From the NCBI GenBank assembly GCA_043818555.1, contig JBDRFP010000019.1:1-59862 (forward strand): a stretch of DNA of 59,862 bases, written 5' to 3'. This document shows, piece by piece, positions 10,037-20,024 of this stretch; positions within the stretch are counted from its first letter, which is position 1, and the number at the start of each line of letters is the position of its first letter. Both the position numbers and the translations under genes were made by a program. The notes under the pieces were generated by a model. The model searched no databases, was not told the DNA's origin, and saw nothing but the letters and a program-made list of their open reading frames with translations. The DNA comes from a bacterium. GTDB taxonomy: Bacteria > Patescibacteriota > Patescibacteriia > UBA9934.

Positions 10037-10711
10037 TTAGCTTCCCGATTCTTCCAGCATTTCCTCCAGTTGCCCCGACTCTTCCATGTCTGTCAGCACC
10101 TGATTGTAGATTGCCATAATTTCGTTGTCGCTGAGTTCATTTATTGTCTTTGCGTCAGCTCCGGAATCAATGAGCATTTGTCTTACTTCATCTGCTGACA
10201 CACCTTGCAGTAGACTCTGAATATCGTTGATTGTGTTGCTTGTATCTTCCACGGCGCCAAAAATGTTTTCCGTAACTGCCGTGCCCGGATTTATGCCGGT
10301 CGTGCCGTCTTCGTCATAGAGTGCCGACTCGCAGTCTGTACCGCGCGCGCAGACCGGGTCGTACCCTGCAGATAATTCGTCAGCGTCTGAGAAACCGTCG
10401 CCGTCAGTGTCTGCCAAATACGGACTGGTGCCGTAAGCGTATGTTTCGTCAAAGTCGCTAAGGCCGTCTTCGTCAGTGTCAGCGTTCTGCAGCGCTACCA
10501 TTTCCGCCATCTGATCTTCTTCACTAATAATATATTCAATTTCTGCCACTCCCAGATCAAACGGGTCGCTCAGATGACTGCCAACATAGAAAATTCCTAG
10601 CAGGAACGAAAGACCTCCCATCCCAATAACTAAAGCCAGCCCAGTTTTATGCTCATTGCTTAATGCGGGCTTGGTTTTGGTAATTAATACTCGTTGTTTC
10701 TCGCCTTTCAT
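10037..10711 (-). CDS. membrane-anchored protein with thrombospondin-type-3-like Ca-binding repeats
   Basis: ATG at 10711. One N-terminal TM segment (GLALVIGMGGLSFLLGIFYVG). DTDEDGLSDFDE and DTDGDGFSDADE match the DxDxDG repeat pattern. Lies immediately upstream of, and co-oriented with, the giant gene. Confidence 0.75.
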   Translation of the reverse strand: MKGEKQRVLITKTKPALSNEHKTGLALVIGMGGLSFLLGIFYVGSHLSDPFDLGVAEIEYIISEEDQMAEMVALQNADTDEDGLSDFDETYAYGTSPYLADTDGDGFSDADELSAGYDPVCARGTDCESALYDEDGTTGINPGTAVTENIFGAVEDTSNTINDIQSLLQGVSADEVRQMLIDSGADAKTINELSDNEIMAIYNQVLTDMEESGQLEEMLEESGS

Positions 10712-10799
10712 GGCAGTGGTATTATATCACAAATCGGGAGTAAGTAGATAGTAGATAGTAGTAAGTAGGCGACAAGCTTAAGTGCCCGAACTCTAACTT

Positions 10800-11582
10800 C
10801 TAAATTCTAGATTCTAAATTCTCCCACTCCCCAACAGACAACTCCTGAGCCCTCGCTTTTTCAGACAAGCCGATCTCGGAAAGGGCGTCTTTAACTTTCT
10901 CTGATGATGCAACGCGAGCTGCAGATAAATTCTTATGTAGCTGCTTCCTGCGTGATGAAAATCCGGCCTTGGCGATCTTGAGTAAAGCCTCGGCATGTTC
11001 GCGATCGACGCTGTCGATGATGTCGAGCTGCACAACGCTCGAGTCAACTTTTGGCTGCGGCCTGAATGATCCGGGCTTGACATTGAATAGTCGTTTCGGG
11101 TTTGTGTAAATTTGTATTGCAACCGATAGCAAACTCATCTCCCCTGCGCGCGCAAGCATTCTGTCGGCCACTTCTTTTTGTACCATTACTATCATGTGCG
11201 TTGGTCGAGCTGGTGACTTAAGCGCATTCATAATAATCGCATTCGCAGCATTGTACGGTAGATTTCCAACTAGCGCCCACGACGATCCTTTGGGAACTAG
11301 CTTACCATAATCAACTCGCGCAGCATCGGCCTGAATGATCTTGGTGTCTGCAAATCGAGCTTCCAAACCTGGGATCAGCTCCTTATCAGCCTCGACGAGT
11401 ACCAACTTTCTGTAGTTCTGTACCTTCTGTAGTTCTGTAACGATCTCTTCCGTCAGCGCCCCCTCCCCCGGCCCCACCTCAACAACAAAATCAACCGAAC
11501 TTAGATCGGCAGCTTTAACAATCTTCTTAACAACATTCTTATCTTTCAAAAAATGCTGCCCGTATGATTTTTTAGCTTGCAT
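10800..11582 (-). CDS. rsmA: 16S rRNA (adenine1518/1519-N6)-dimethyltransferase RsmA/KsgA
   Basis: YGQHFL motif and SAM-binding VVEVGPGEGALT. ATG at 11582 is preferred over the TTG at 11615, which overlaps the tsaC stop. Confidence 0.85.
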   Translation of the reverse strand: MQAKKSYGQHFLKDKNVVKKIVKAADLSSVDFVVEVGPGEGALTEEIVTELQKVQNYRKLVLVEADKELIPGLEARFADTKIIQADAARVDYGKLVPKGSSWALVGNLPYNAANAIIMNALKSPARPTHMIVMVQKEVADRMLARAGEMSLLSVAIQIYTNPKRLFNVKPGSFRPQPKVDSSVVQLDIIDSVDREHAEALLKIAKAGFSSRRKQLHKNLSAARVASSEKVKDALSEIGLSEKARAQELSVGEWENLESRI

Positions 11583-11607
11583 GTGAACTGTCAACTGTGA
11601 ACTCTCG

Positions 11608-12204
11608 TTACTCAATTAACACGCTCCCCTGCCTAATCACTTCCACCTCATCACCGACAATCTTAACTGTTGTCGACGGAGGTGACGCAGGCAAGTCGCC
11701 TCCATCAATAAACAAATCTGGCTTCTGGGGTCTATCTCTAAAATTTGCTTTTACATCGCGAACCGAGTAAACATCGCCGCTGCCCGACACATTCGCGCTT
11801 GTTGCCACTAAAGGTTTCCCGAGCTGATGAGTGAGGGTTGTTGCAAATGGGTGCGACGATACTCGAACAGACTGCGTGCCATCCTGACCGCAACGCTCAA
11901 CAATCGACGATCCTTCAGCTACCGGGGCGATTATGTTAAGCGCGCCAGGCCAAAATCGACTAGCAAGATCACGCGCAGCTTCGGACAAGTCGACAAAATC
12001 GCTCGCGCTATCAACCGACGGGATCAAAACCGGCAAACCCTTGCCACCTTCGCGGCCTTTAATTTCAAAAATACGGCTGACTGCCGATTCGTTTGTAGCA
12101 TCGCACCCAAGGCCGTAGGACGTTTCGGTTGGGAAAACCACCACACCTCCGCGCCGCAAAACCTTGAGCGCTTGTTCAATTTGTTCGCTTGTTATTTGAA
12201 GCAT
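11608..12204 (-). CDS. tsaC: L-threonylcarbamoyladenylate synthase, YrdC/TsaC type
   Basis: VVFPTETSYGLGCDA and IFEIKGR..GLPVLI are typical of the Sua5/YciO/YrdC domain. At 198 aa it is the single-domain form. Confidence 0.8.
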   Translation of the reverse strand: MLQITSEQIEQALKVLRRGGVVVFPTETSYGLGCDATNESAVSRIFEIKGREGGKGLPVLIPSVDSASDFVDLSEAARDLASRFWPGALNIIAPVAEGSSIVERCGQDGTQSVRVSSHPFATTLTHQLGKPLVATSANVSGSGDVYSVRDVKANFRDRPQKPDLFIDGGDLPASPPSTTVKIVGDEVEVIRQGSVLIE

Positions 12205-12337
12205 ACTTTCGCTGGAAATGAGCTGTTGAGAAAATAGAAAGTGGTAATGTAAAACAGAAAGAAGAAAATCGCTTTCGACAACTAATTTCTAATATCTTTT
12301 TTCTATTACGAATCTCCAATCTCCAAACAGCTACTTT

Positions 12338-13270
12338 TTATTGTAGGCGAGCCCGGTACCAATCTACCGTTCGGGCTAACCCGGTTTCTAAATCGACTTG
12401 CGGACTCCATTTCAATTCTTTCTTGGCCTTGCCAATATCTAACACAATGCATTTTAGAAGATCCTTAACATCGCGGCGATACTCAGGCTTGGCTTTCGAC
12501 CCTACCGCAGCGCTTACCATTTTATAGATTTTGTCAGTCCGAGTTTCAATGCCTGTTCCAACGTTTGCAAAACCAACATAGCTACTTTTACCAGCCTGTA
12601 CCAGCGCGTTCACAACATCGCCAACGTACACATAATCGCGCGTTGTCTTGCCATCATTGTTGATGAACGCTTTCTCACCCTTTAAAAGTCGGTTTGTGAA
12701 TACTGTGATTACGCCAGACTCGGCGCTCGAATCCTGCCGCGGCCCGTACACATTGCCAAATCGTAATGCGACCGTTGAGAGTCCTCGCTCGCGATTGAAA
12801 AAGTCCAAGTACCACTCACCCGCCAGCTTGCTGTAACCGTACGGCGTCATTGGCTTGGCGTCCATACTCTCGTTCACCGGCAACTTTTTCTGAATCCCGT
12901 ATGCCGCACAGCTGGACGCAAATACAAGTTTCTTTGCCTTGCTTGCCGAAGTCGCTTCGCAAACATTGATTGTGCCGAGGATATTATTGTCCGCATTCAT
13001 GACAGGTTCGCGTACGGATTCGCGGTCGTCAATATGAGCTGCAAGATGATACACCGCTTCAGGCTTGATCTTTTTAAACGCGCTCGCGAGCTTAGGGTCG
13101 CGAACATCCATGATCTGATATTTAACATGTCGATCGTTGATCTTCCGATTCTTGTCCGGCTTTTGTTTGTCGATCACAACAACTCGTTGACCATCCTTAA
13201 TCAGCGCCTCGACTAAGTGCGAGCCAATAAAACCCGAGCCGCCGGTTACAATTGATGTTTTGTTCTTCAT
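12338..13270 (-). CDS. NAD-dependent epimerase/dehydratase (GalE-like)
   Basis: Rossmann motif VTGGSGFIGSHL and catalytic YGYSK. 310 aa. Confidence 0.8.
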   Translation of the reverse strand: MKNKTSIVTGGSGFIGSHLVEALIKDGQRVVVIDKQKPDKNRKINDRHVKYQIMDVRDPKLASAFKKIKPEAVYHLAAHIDDRESVREPVMNADNNILGTINVCEATSASKAKKLVFASSCAAYGIQKKLPVNESMDAKPMTPYGYSKLAGEWYLDFFNRERGLSTVALRFGNVYGPRQDSSAESGVITVFTNRLLKGEKAFINNDGKTTRDYVYVGDVVNALVQAGKSSYVGFANVGTGIETRTDKIYKMVSAAVGSKAKPEYRRDVKDLLKCIVLDIGKAKKELKWSPQVDLETGLARTVDWYRARLQ

Positions 13271-13319
13271 ATAACGTTAGAATATCATTTTGTGTCGTCC
13301 GGCTCAACAGCCTTGCGAA

Positions 13320-13397
13320 GTGATTGAGTGATTTCTACGAGAGGCGAAAGTGATTGAGTGATTGAGTGAATCGAATCACTTAGTCACTTAATCACTG
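13320..13397. repeat. B-family word hairpin (gtgattgag / ctcaatcac)
   Basis: gtgattgagtgatt..gtgattgagtgattgagtgaatcg is followed by its inverted form cgaatcacttagtcacttaatcac. Family members lie at 26049-26086, 32446-32522, 52571-52614, 56829-56868 and 56936-56970. Confidence 0.75.
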
Positions 13398-13407
13398 GCG
13401 CGACAGG

Positions 13408-14532
13408 TTAATCACTCTTGTCTCCCGACTTTTCTGACGCCAATCTCCTTAGCTCCGCCTCAATAAACACGCCCAAATTGCCACCAAGCACCGCCTCAAC
13501 ATCCTGCACCTCAGCGTTCGTCCTATGATCTTTCACCATTTTATACGGATGCACTACATAGCTTCGAATTTGATTTCCCCACTCAGGCGACTTGTGTTTG
13601 CCCTTTAGCTCGTCGAGCTTTTCCGCGCGCTCCTCAAGCATCATTGTGTACAGGCGAGATTTCAAAACGCGCATGGCTGTTTCCTTATTCTGCTGTTGCG
13701 AGCGTTCGTTTTGGCAAGTCACAACCGTACTGGTTGGCGTGTGAGTTATTCGAACTGCCGAGTAAGTAGTGTTTACTCCCTGCCCTCCAGGACCGGACGA
13801 CATAAATGTGTCGATTCTTATGTCGTTTGGATCTAGCTCGATGTTTTGTTCATTCAGGTCGTCCAATTCCGGAATGACTTCTACAAGCGCAAAAGAAGTG
13901 TGCCGCATTTTCTCAGCATCGTAAGGCGAGATTCTGACAAGTCTATGAACGCCTGACTCAGTTTTTAAGTACCCGTACGCGCGGCGGCCTTTGACTGAAA
14001 AAGTTGCGCTCTTGATTCCGGCTTCCTCGCTCATGGACATGTCGAGCACGTCGACTTCCCAGTCCTGATTTTCCGCGTAACGCATCAGCATTCGCATGAG
14101 CATCTCTGCCCAGTCCATGGCGTCTGTTCCACCTGCGCCGGCGTGGATTGAGATTAGCGCGTTGCCGTTGTCAAACTCGCCAGAGAGTAGCATTGCGGTT
14201 TCAGCTTTGGCGAGCTTTGCTTCGATCTGACCGATCGTTGATTCAACATCGGCGATCGTAACCTGATCCCCCTCAGCCTCTGCGACTTCAAGAAGACTAA
14301 CAGCGTCGCCAACATCGTCGCGTAACTTGGTCCAAAGCGTTAGCTCATCTTTTAGCTGCGCAGCTTCTTGCGAAACCGCCTTAGCCTTGTTCTGGTCGCT
14401 CCAAAAATTCGGCCTGCCCATTTCTGTTTCCAAATCGTCGATCTTCTTAGCAACATCATCTAAACTCAAAACACCCCAAGCATCGTTGATCCTGGATTTG
14501 AGGTCTTCTAGTTGTTTTTGTAGAGCTGACAT
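13408..14532 (-). CDS. prfB: peptide chain release factor 2
   Basis: GGQ motif (SSGPGGQGVNTT) and the RF2-type block HRLVRISPYD..RHTSF. ATG at 14532 (MSALQKQLEDL). The reading frame is continuous, so no +1 frameshift is needed. Confidence 0.9.
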   Translation of the reverse strand: MSALQKQLEDLKSRINDAWGVLSLDDVAKKIDDLETEMGRPNFWSDQNKAKAVSQEAAQLKDELTLWTKLRDDVGDAVSLLEVAEAEGDQVTIADVESTIGQIEAKLAKAETAMLLSGEFDNGNALISIHAGAGGTDAMDWAEMLMRMLMRYAENQDWEVDVLDMSMSEEAGIKSATFSVKGRRAYGYLKTESGVHRLVRISPYDAEKMRHTSFALVEVIPELDDLNEQNIELDPNDIRIDTFMSSGPGGQGVNTTYSAVRITHTPTSTVVTCQNERSQQQNKETAMRVLKSRLYTMMLEERAEKLDELKGKHKSPEWGNQIRSYVVHPYKMVKDHRTNAEVQDVEAVLGGNLGVFIEAELRRLASEKSGDKSD

Positions 14533-14724
14533 AATGTGAGTGTAGCATTTCCTCCCCCTTCTGTCATCCTGAGGAGCTCGGCAATCTGGCAACTAAAATC
14601 CTTCGCTTAACGACAATCGCCCGCCTTGGATAGCAAGGGACAATCTCGCCACTGAGAGGCCAGGGGATGTATTTAATATAATCCTCTCCTGAAAAATGCT
14701 TAGATAATAAATAATTCGCAAAAA

Positions 14725-14760
14725 CAGTGACTTAAGGTCCGTACGGACCTTAAGTCACTG
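14725..14760. repeat. perfect 36-bp palindrome
   Basis: cagtgacttaaggtccgt / acggaccttaagtcactg is an 18+18 perfect inverted repeat. It lies between prfB and the DUF4870-like gene (both on the minus strand). Confidence 0.9.
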
Positions 14761-14848
14761 GGAATCAAAAACCATTTAAAACACGGATTTTAATAATTCG
14801 GTTTTGAATGTCCGAAACTGTAAGCTGGCAACCAATATACGGATATCT

Positions 14849-14916
14849 GCTAGGCTAGAAGGGCTAGAGAACCAAAAAGAGCTAGCTCAACTAGCTCTTC
14901 TAGCCCTACTAGCTCC
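14849..14916. repeat. D-family word hairpin (gctaga/gggcta)
   Basis: gctaggctagaagggctagag .. ctcttctagccctactagctcc. The related array at 18689-18735 and the same words inside the coding region near 19800-19850 belong to this family. Confidence 0.65.
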
Positions 14917-14925
14917 TTCGCAATA

Positions 14926-15255
14926 TCAAATCTTCAACTTCTTTGCGTACGCGCCAATGATTGGCATCTCCCAGTATTCACCGGCCAAAGCTTTTAAGAT
15001 TCCTCCGACTGCGAACACCAGCAAGATCAAATTAAGAACTAGAGCGGCCAACCAGCCAAGAATTGGAATGATCGCCAGGACCATATTAAGAACCATCACG
15101 CAGGCTTCGACTATGAACAGAACCAGACCCTGCTTGGCATGAAACTGCGCAAACTTGGAATTACGCGCGAGTAAAAGCGGGATAAAGCAGAGAACAAAAA
15201 CATAACCGACCGCTGCGATTACCTTGTTCTCTTGGATGTCTTTGTCTTGAGGCAT
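14926..15255 (-). CDS. small membrane protein, DUF4870-like
   Basis: 109 aa with 3 TM segments. The pattern IAAVGYVFVLCFIPLLLARNSKFAQFHAKQ resembles the DUF4870/Tic20-like family (from memory). Confidence 0.6.
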   Translation of the reverse strand: MPQDKDIQENKVIAAVGYVFVLCFIPLLLARNSKFAQFHAKQGLVLFIVEACVMVLNMVLAIIPILGWLAALVLNLILLVFAVGGILKALAGEYWEMPIIGAYAKKLKI

Positions 15256-15269
15256 AGGAAATAATTACG

Positions 15270-15432
15270 AGGTTTATTTTCAAAAAGCTAGGTTTATTAT
15301 CGAGGGGCTGAAGTTTATTGGCTGGCGACTTGGTTTATTATTCGTGTCGCGCGCTTAGAACAATAAACATCCGTTCTCTGACAAGAAACACTTGCTCCAG
15401 GCAATAAACTATGCAGGCTGACAATAAACTTT
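15270..15432. repeat. C-family inverted word array (ggtttatt x5 then aataaac x4)
   Basis: Spaced ggtttatt words are followed by spaced inverted aataaac words. This gives a long imperfect palindrome downstream of groEL. Confidence 0.7.
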
Positions 15433-15463
15433 GCTTACCGAAGATAATACCACAAAACGAGGC

Positions 15464-15488
15464 GCTTGCCCCGTTTTGTTTAGATCCG
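15464..15488 (-). terminator. groEL terminator
   Basis: aaaacgaggcgcttgccccgttttg is a hairpin with flanking A and T runs, about 40 nt beyond the groEL stop. Confidence 0.6.
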
Positions 15489-15525
15489 TGATCATCTGTT
15501 AATCCATCCGTGATCCTCCGTGGCA

Positions 15526-17570
<2,045 letters not shown>

Positions 17571-17639
17571 ACGATTCGATGGTTAATTCAGGCTGAACTT
17601 TAATCGATTTAAGAGAATTCGTCAAGCGATTAATTTGCA

Positions 17640-17715
17640 GGGAGGTTAAAGAGAGGTTATTGCGGAAAGCGAGGAGGTTAGGCCTGAAGCTGAAGAGGTT
17701 AAGAGAAGTTAAGGG
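17640..17715. repeat. G-family word array (gaggtta)
   Basis: ggaggttaaagagaggttat..gaggaggttagg..gaagaggttaagagaagttaagg. An inverted short copy lies at 39561-39588. The same word is used in the coding tail of nusA. Confidence 0.7.
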
Positions 17716-17718
17716 AAT

Positions 17719-17751
17719 AAAAACCCCGGCGCGATGCTTGATCGCTCCGGG
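17719..17751 (-). terminator. terminator of the CCCH-repeat gene (cassette I2)
   Basis: cccggagcgatc..gatcgcgccggg hairpin followed by a T-run on the minus strand, starting 7 nt after the stop. Confidence 0.7.
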
Positions 17752-17757
17752 ATTGAT

Positions 17758-18609
17758 TTAGGATCGTTTCTTTATCCTCCTAACAGGCGCCTGCACTGCG
17801 GCCCAGTCCTCCATCGGCTCCGGGCGGTTGTGCGACCTCCAACGTATGTAGTGACTAAAGCAAAGCATCTTAGAGCGTTTAGGCTCATCGCACTCAGACA
17901 CCAGGCACCTGGGAAAATCTTCCGGCAACTGAAATCCTTCCAACCTTCCACGCCTCCATTTGCCCTCATGCCTTTCGCAAAAGCCATTGGACCCATGAGG
18001 GCTGTCACAGCCAGGAACTTTGCAGCCTTCCTGATTTTCTCTGACAGGCCCCTGCGTCCTTGCCCACTCCTCACGCGGTTCAGGACGACCACCACTACGC
18101 CACCGCAAATAGTGCCCGGAGCAAAAACCGCTTGAGTCGTGTTCGCGATCGCAAACCGGAACCATGCAGCCAACACATTTTTCTTTTGGCCGCCACCTCT
18201 CTCTGGGCTCAGGACGCCCCTGCCTGTCCCATGCGCGATAGTGCTTGTGACAAAAACCTTCAGCTTGAAGCCCCAAATCGCAATCGTCCAGACTACATCT
18301 GGAATAATTGTCCGGCAAAGAAAAGCCTTGAAGAGTCCCTCTGAGCAACTTCTGAAAGTGCTTGATACAGAAACCAATGGAGTCGTGTGGATTATCACAC
18401 TCGGGAACTTTACAGCCCTTGCGCCGCTTATGCTTCTTGATCGGCTCCTGTGTCTTTGCCCACTCTTCACGAGGCTCAGGACTGCCATCTTTGTACCATC
18501 TTATATAGTGACTAGCGCAAAACCCTTTAGAACCATGATCTCTATCGCAAACCGGCACCATACAGCCAATGTACTTGATCGGACGGCCTCGTTTCTTTTT
18601 CTCGCACAA
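17758..18609 (-). CDS. protein made of six tandem CCCH zinc-ribbon-like modules (cassette I2)
   Basis: 283 aa with six units of the form C-x2-x-C-x8-9-(G)FC-x2-H(Y/F)..RW, arranged as (A-B-C)x2. TTG start at 18609 with GAGGTG upstream. A TTGACA-17-TAAGTT promoter lies upstream. Confidence 0.75.
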   Translation of the reverse strand: MCEKKKRGRPIKYIGCMVPVCDRDHGSKGFCASHYIRWYKDGSPEPREEWAKTQEPIKKHKRRKGCKVPECDNPHDSIGFCIKHFQKLLRGTLQGFSLPDNYSRCSLDDCDLGLQAEGFCHKHYRAWDRQGRPEPRERWRPKEKCVGCMVPVCDREHDSSGFCSGHYLRWRSGGRPEPREEWARTQGPVRENQEGCKVPGCDSPHGSNGFCERHEGKWRRGRLEGFQLPEDFPRCLVSECDEPKRSKMLCFSHYIRWRSHNRPEPMEDWAAVQAPVRRIKKRS

Positions 18610-18640
18610 ATTTCACCTCACTTTTAAAGATCGAGCGATA

Positions 18641-18669
18641 AACTTAGCAGGGATTGGAGGTTGTGTCAA
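18641..18669 (-). promoter_or_regulatory. sigma70-like promoter of cassette I2
   Basis: On the minus strand: TTGACA (18669-18664), 17-nt spacer, TAAGTT (18646-18641). Confidence 0.55.
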
Positions 18670-18688
18670 GAAAGTGGTAATCAAAAAA

Positions 18689-18735
18689 GCTAGAGGGGCT
18701 AATGGGGCTAATAGAGCTAGCTCCACTAGCTCTCT
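18689..18735. repeat. D-family word array
   Basis: gctagaggggctaatggggctaatagagctagctccactagctc. It starts at the stop codon of the O-antigen-ligase-like gene. Confidence 0.65.
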
Positions 18736-20024
18736 TCGCCTAACCGAACCGTCATCGCCATCACGTAGGCGATCAAGGCTAGCCCTGCCCAGCTGCTCCA
18801 AATGTAGTGGTCGAAAAATAATATTACAAGTACTGCGCTTCCCATCATAAAGGCCGTAACTGCGTCTGGATTTGGAAATCGTGCGTAGTTGATCTTGTCG
18901 ATTGTTCCGGCCCACCACAAAATCATAATTAATCCGACTACACCAATCTCGCCGATGATTAGCAGAACTACATTATGAACCGGCTGGTACTCCCACCACT
19001 CTCTGTCAGGATAAACCTCGGCGATGATTAACGGATAGTTCCCAAGTCCACGGCCAAACAGCCAGCTCGATCCTATGACAGATGGGAATTCCCGGTATTG
19101 AACTATGCGCTCGCTGACCGACCGTTGCTCCAAAATCGACGAAACATGGAGTCGCGACGCAACCAAAGGCGCGGTGATGGAAAACGCTAGAGCGAGGCCA
19201 ATGAAGATTATCGAAATTGGAACAACCAAGCGTCGAGCCTGAGCTGCGCTCTTATTAATAAGTACAAGCGCGCCAAGCGCTAGACCAAACATTATTCCAA
19301 GCCAGGCAGATCGTGAAAATGTAATTACCAAGCCAATGGTTGAAAGTACGCTCGCGATTCCCAGTAGCCATTTTTGACTTGTCGATTTTGTATGGTGCCA
19401 TAGGCCAACGATGCCTGCCAGTCCAACTGCCAGGTATCCGCCGAACACATTTGGATGTGAAAAGCTTCCATAGGCACGCATTATTCGCACACCTTCCAGG
19501 TCAACTACGGCCTCACCGAGTAGCTGAGCATCGCGTACGGCTAACCCGAGCAGAGTCGACTCGCCCGACCCGCCAGCGACAATCTGATAAACGCCCAACG
19601 CGACCGGTAGTATCAATCCAGCAGTAAATCCAATCATTACTCGCTTGAGCTTAACTTCCGGGTCGAGTAAAAGTAAAAACAACAACATTGCAAATCCTAA
19701 ATGCATAAGCTGCACCAAGGCGACCGGCTGGTTGGTCGCGTGCAGGATCGACAGGGCGGCGATGAATAAGATCAGGATGGTGCGGCGGAATATGGTCGAC
19801 TTGTGCAAGGGGGCTAGCGGAGCTAACCGAGCCAACCGAGCTATGGCAATCAGTAGCAAAAATACCTCAGTTGCGTACAAACTCAAAACTCCAAACTCAA
19901 ATACCTCCCCACTAATTAACTCAGTACCAAAAATCCATCGCGTTTGCCATGGAAGCAGAAAAAAGAAAATTGGCAATGCCCAGTTGGTAATTATTTTTTG
20001 TACTCGTTCTTGTCGACTCAGCAT
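18726..20024 (-). CDS. O-antigen ligase/Wzy_C-like polytopic membrane protein
   Basis: 432 aa with at least 10 TM segments. A central loop reads RAYGSFSHPNVFGGYLAVGL. Overlaps the upstream gene by 7 nt. Confidence 0.7.
   Translation of the reverse strand: MLSRQERVQKIITNWALPIFFFLLPWQTRWIFGTELISGEVFEFGVLSLYATEVFLLLIAIARLARLAPLAPLHKSTIFRRTILILFIAALSILHATNQPVALVQLMHLGFAMLLFLLLLDPEVKLKRVMIGFTAGLILPVALGVYQIVAGGSGESTLLGLAVRDAQLLGEAVVDLEGVRIMRAYGSFSHPNVFGGYLAVGLAGIVGLWHHTKSTSQKWLLGIASVLSTIGLVITFSRSAWLGIMFGLALGALVLINKSAAQARRLVVPISIIFIGLALAFSITAPLVASRLHVSSILEQRSVSERIVQYREFPSVIGSSWLFGRGLGNYPLIIAEVYPDREWWEYQPVHNVVLLIIGEIGVVGLIMILWWAGTIDKINYARFPNPDAVTAFMMGSAVLVILFFDHYIWSSWAGLALIAYVMAMTVRLGEES

Noticed and set aside
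14440-14532. Programmed +1 frameshift site in prfB
   Set aside because: The RF2 frame is continuous from MSALQKQLEDL through the region where the CUU-UGA shift site normally lies (..AWGVLSLDDVAKK..). No in-frame stop is present and no shift is required.
15270-15432. Possible CRISPR array or other regularly spaced repeats (also at 9948-10036 and 30557-30695)
   Set aside because: The repeat units are only 7-9 nt, degenerate and irregularly spaced, and the second half is the inverted word. No 25-40-nt direct repeats with unique spacers and no cas genes are present.
17571-17720. CIRCE (HrcA) operator upstream of groES
   Set aside because: No TTAGCACTC-N9-GAGTGCTAA-like inverted repeat is present. 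The region holds only the G-family word array and the terminator of the upstream gene.
17772-18488. 238-aa ORF in another frame of the same strand as the CCCH-repeat gene, plus plus-strand ORFs 17734-18135 and 18139-18627
   Set aside because: The CCCH frame shows a precise six-fold periodic Cys/His pattern and has promoter, SD and terminator. The alternatives are Arg/Ser-rich with no periodicity.
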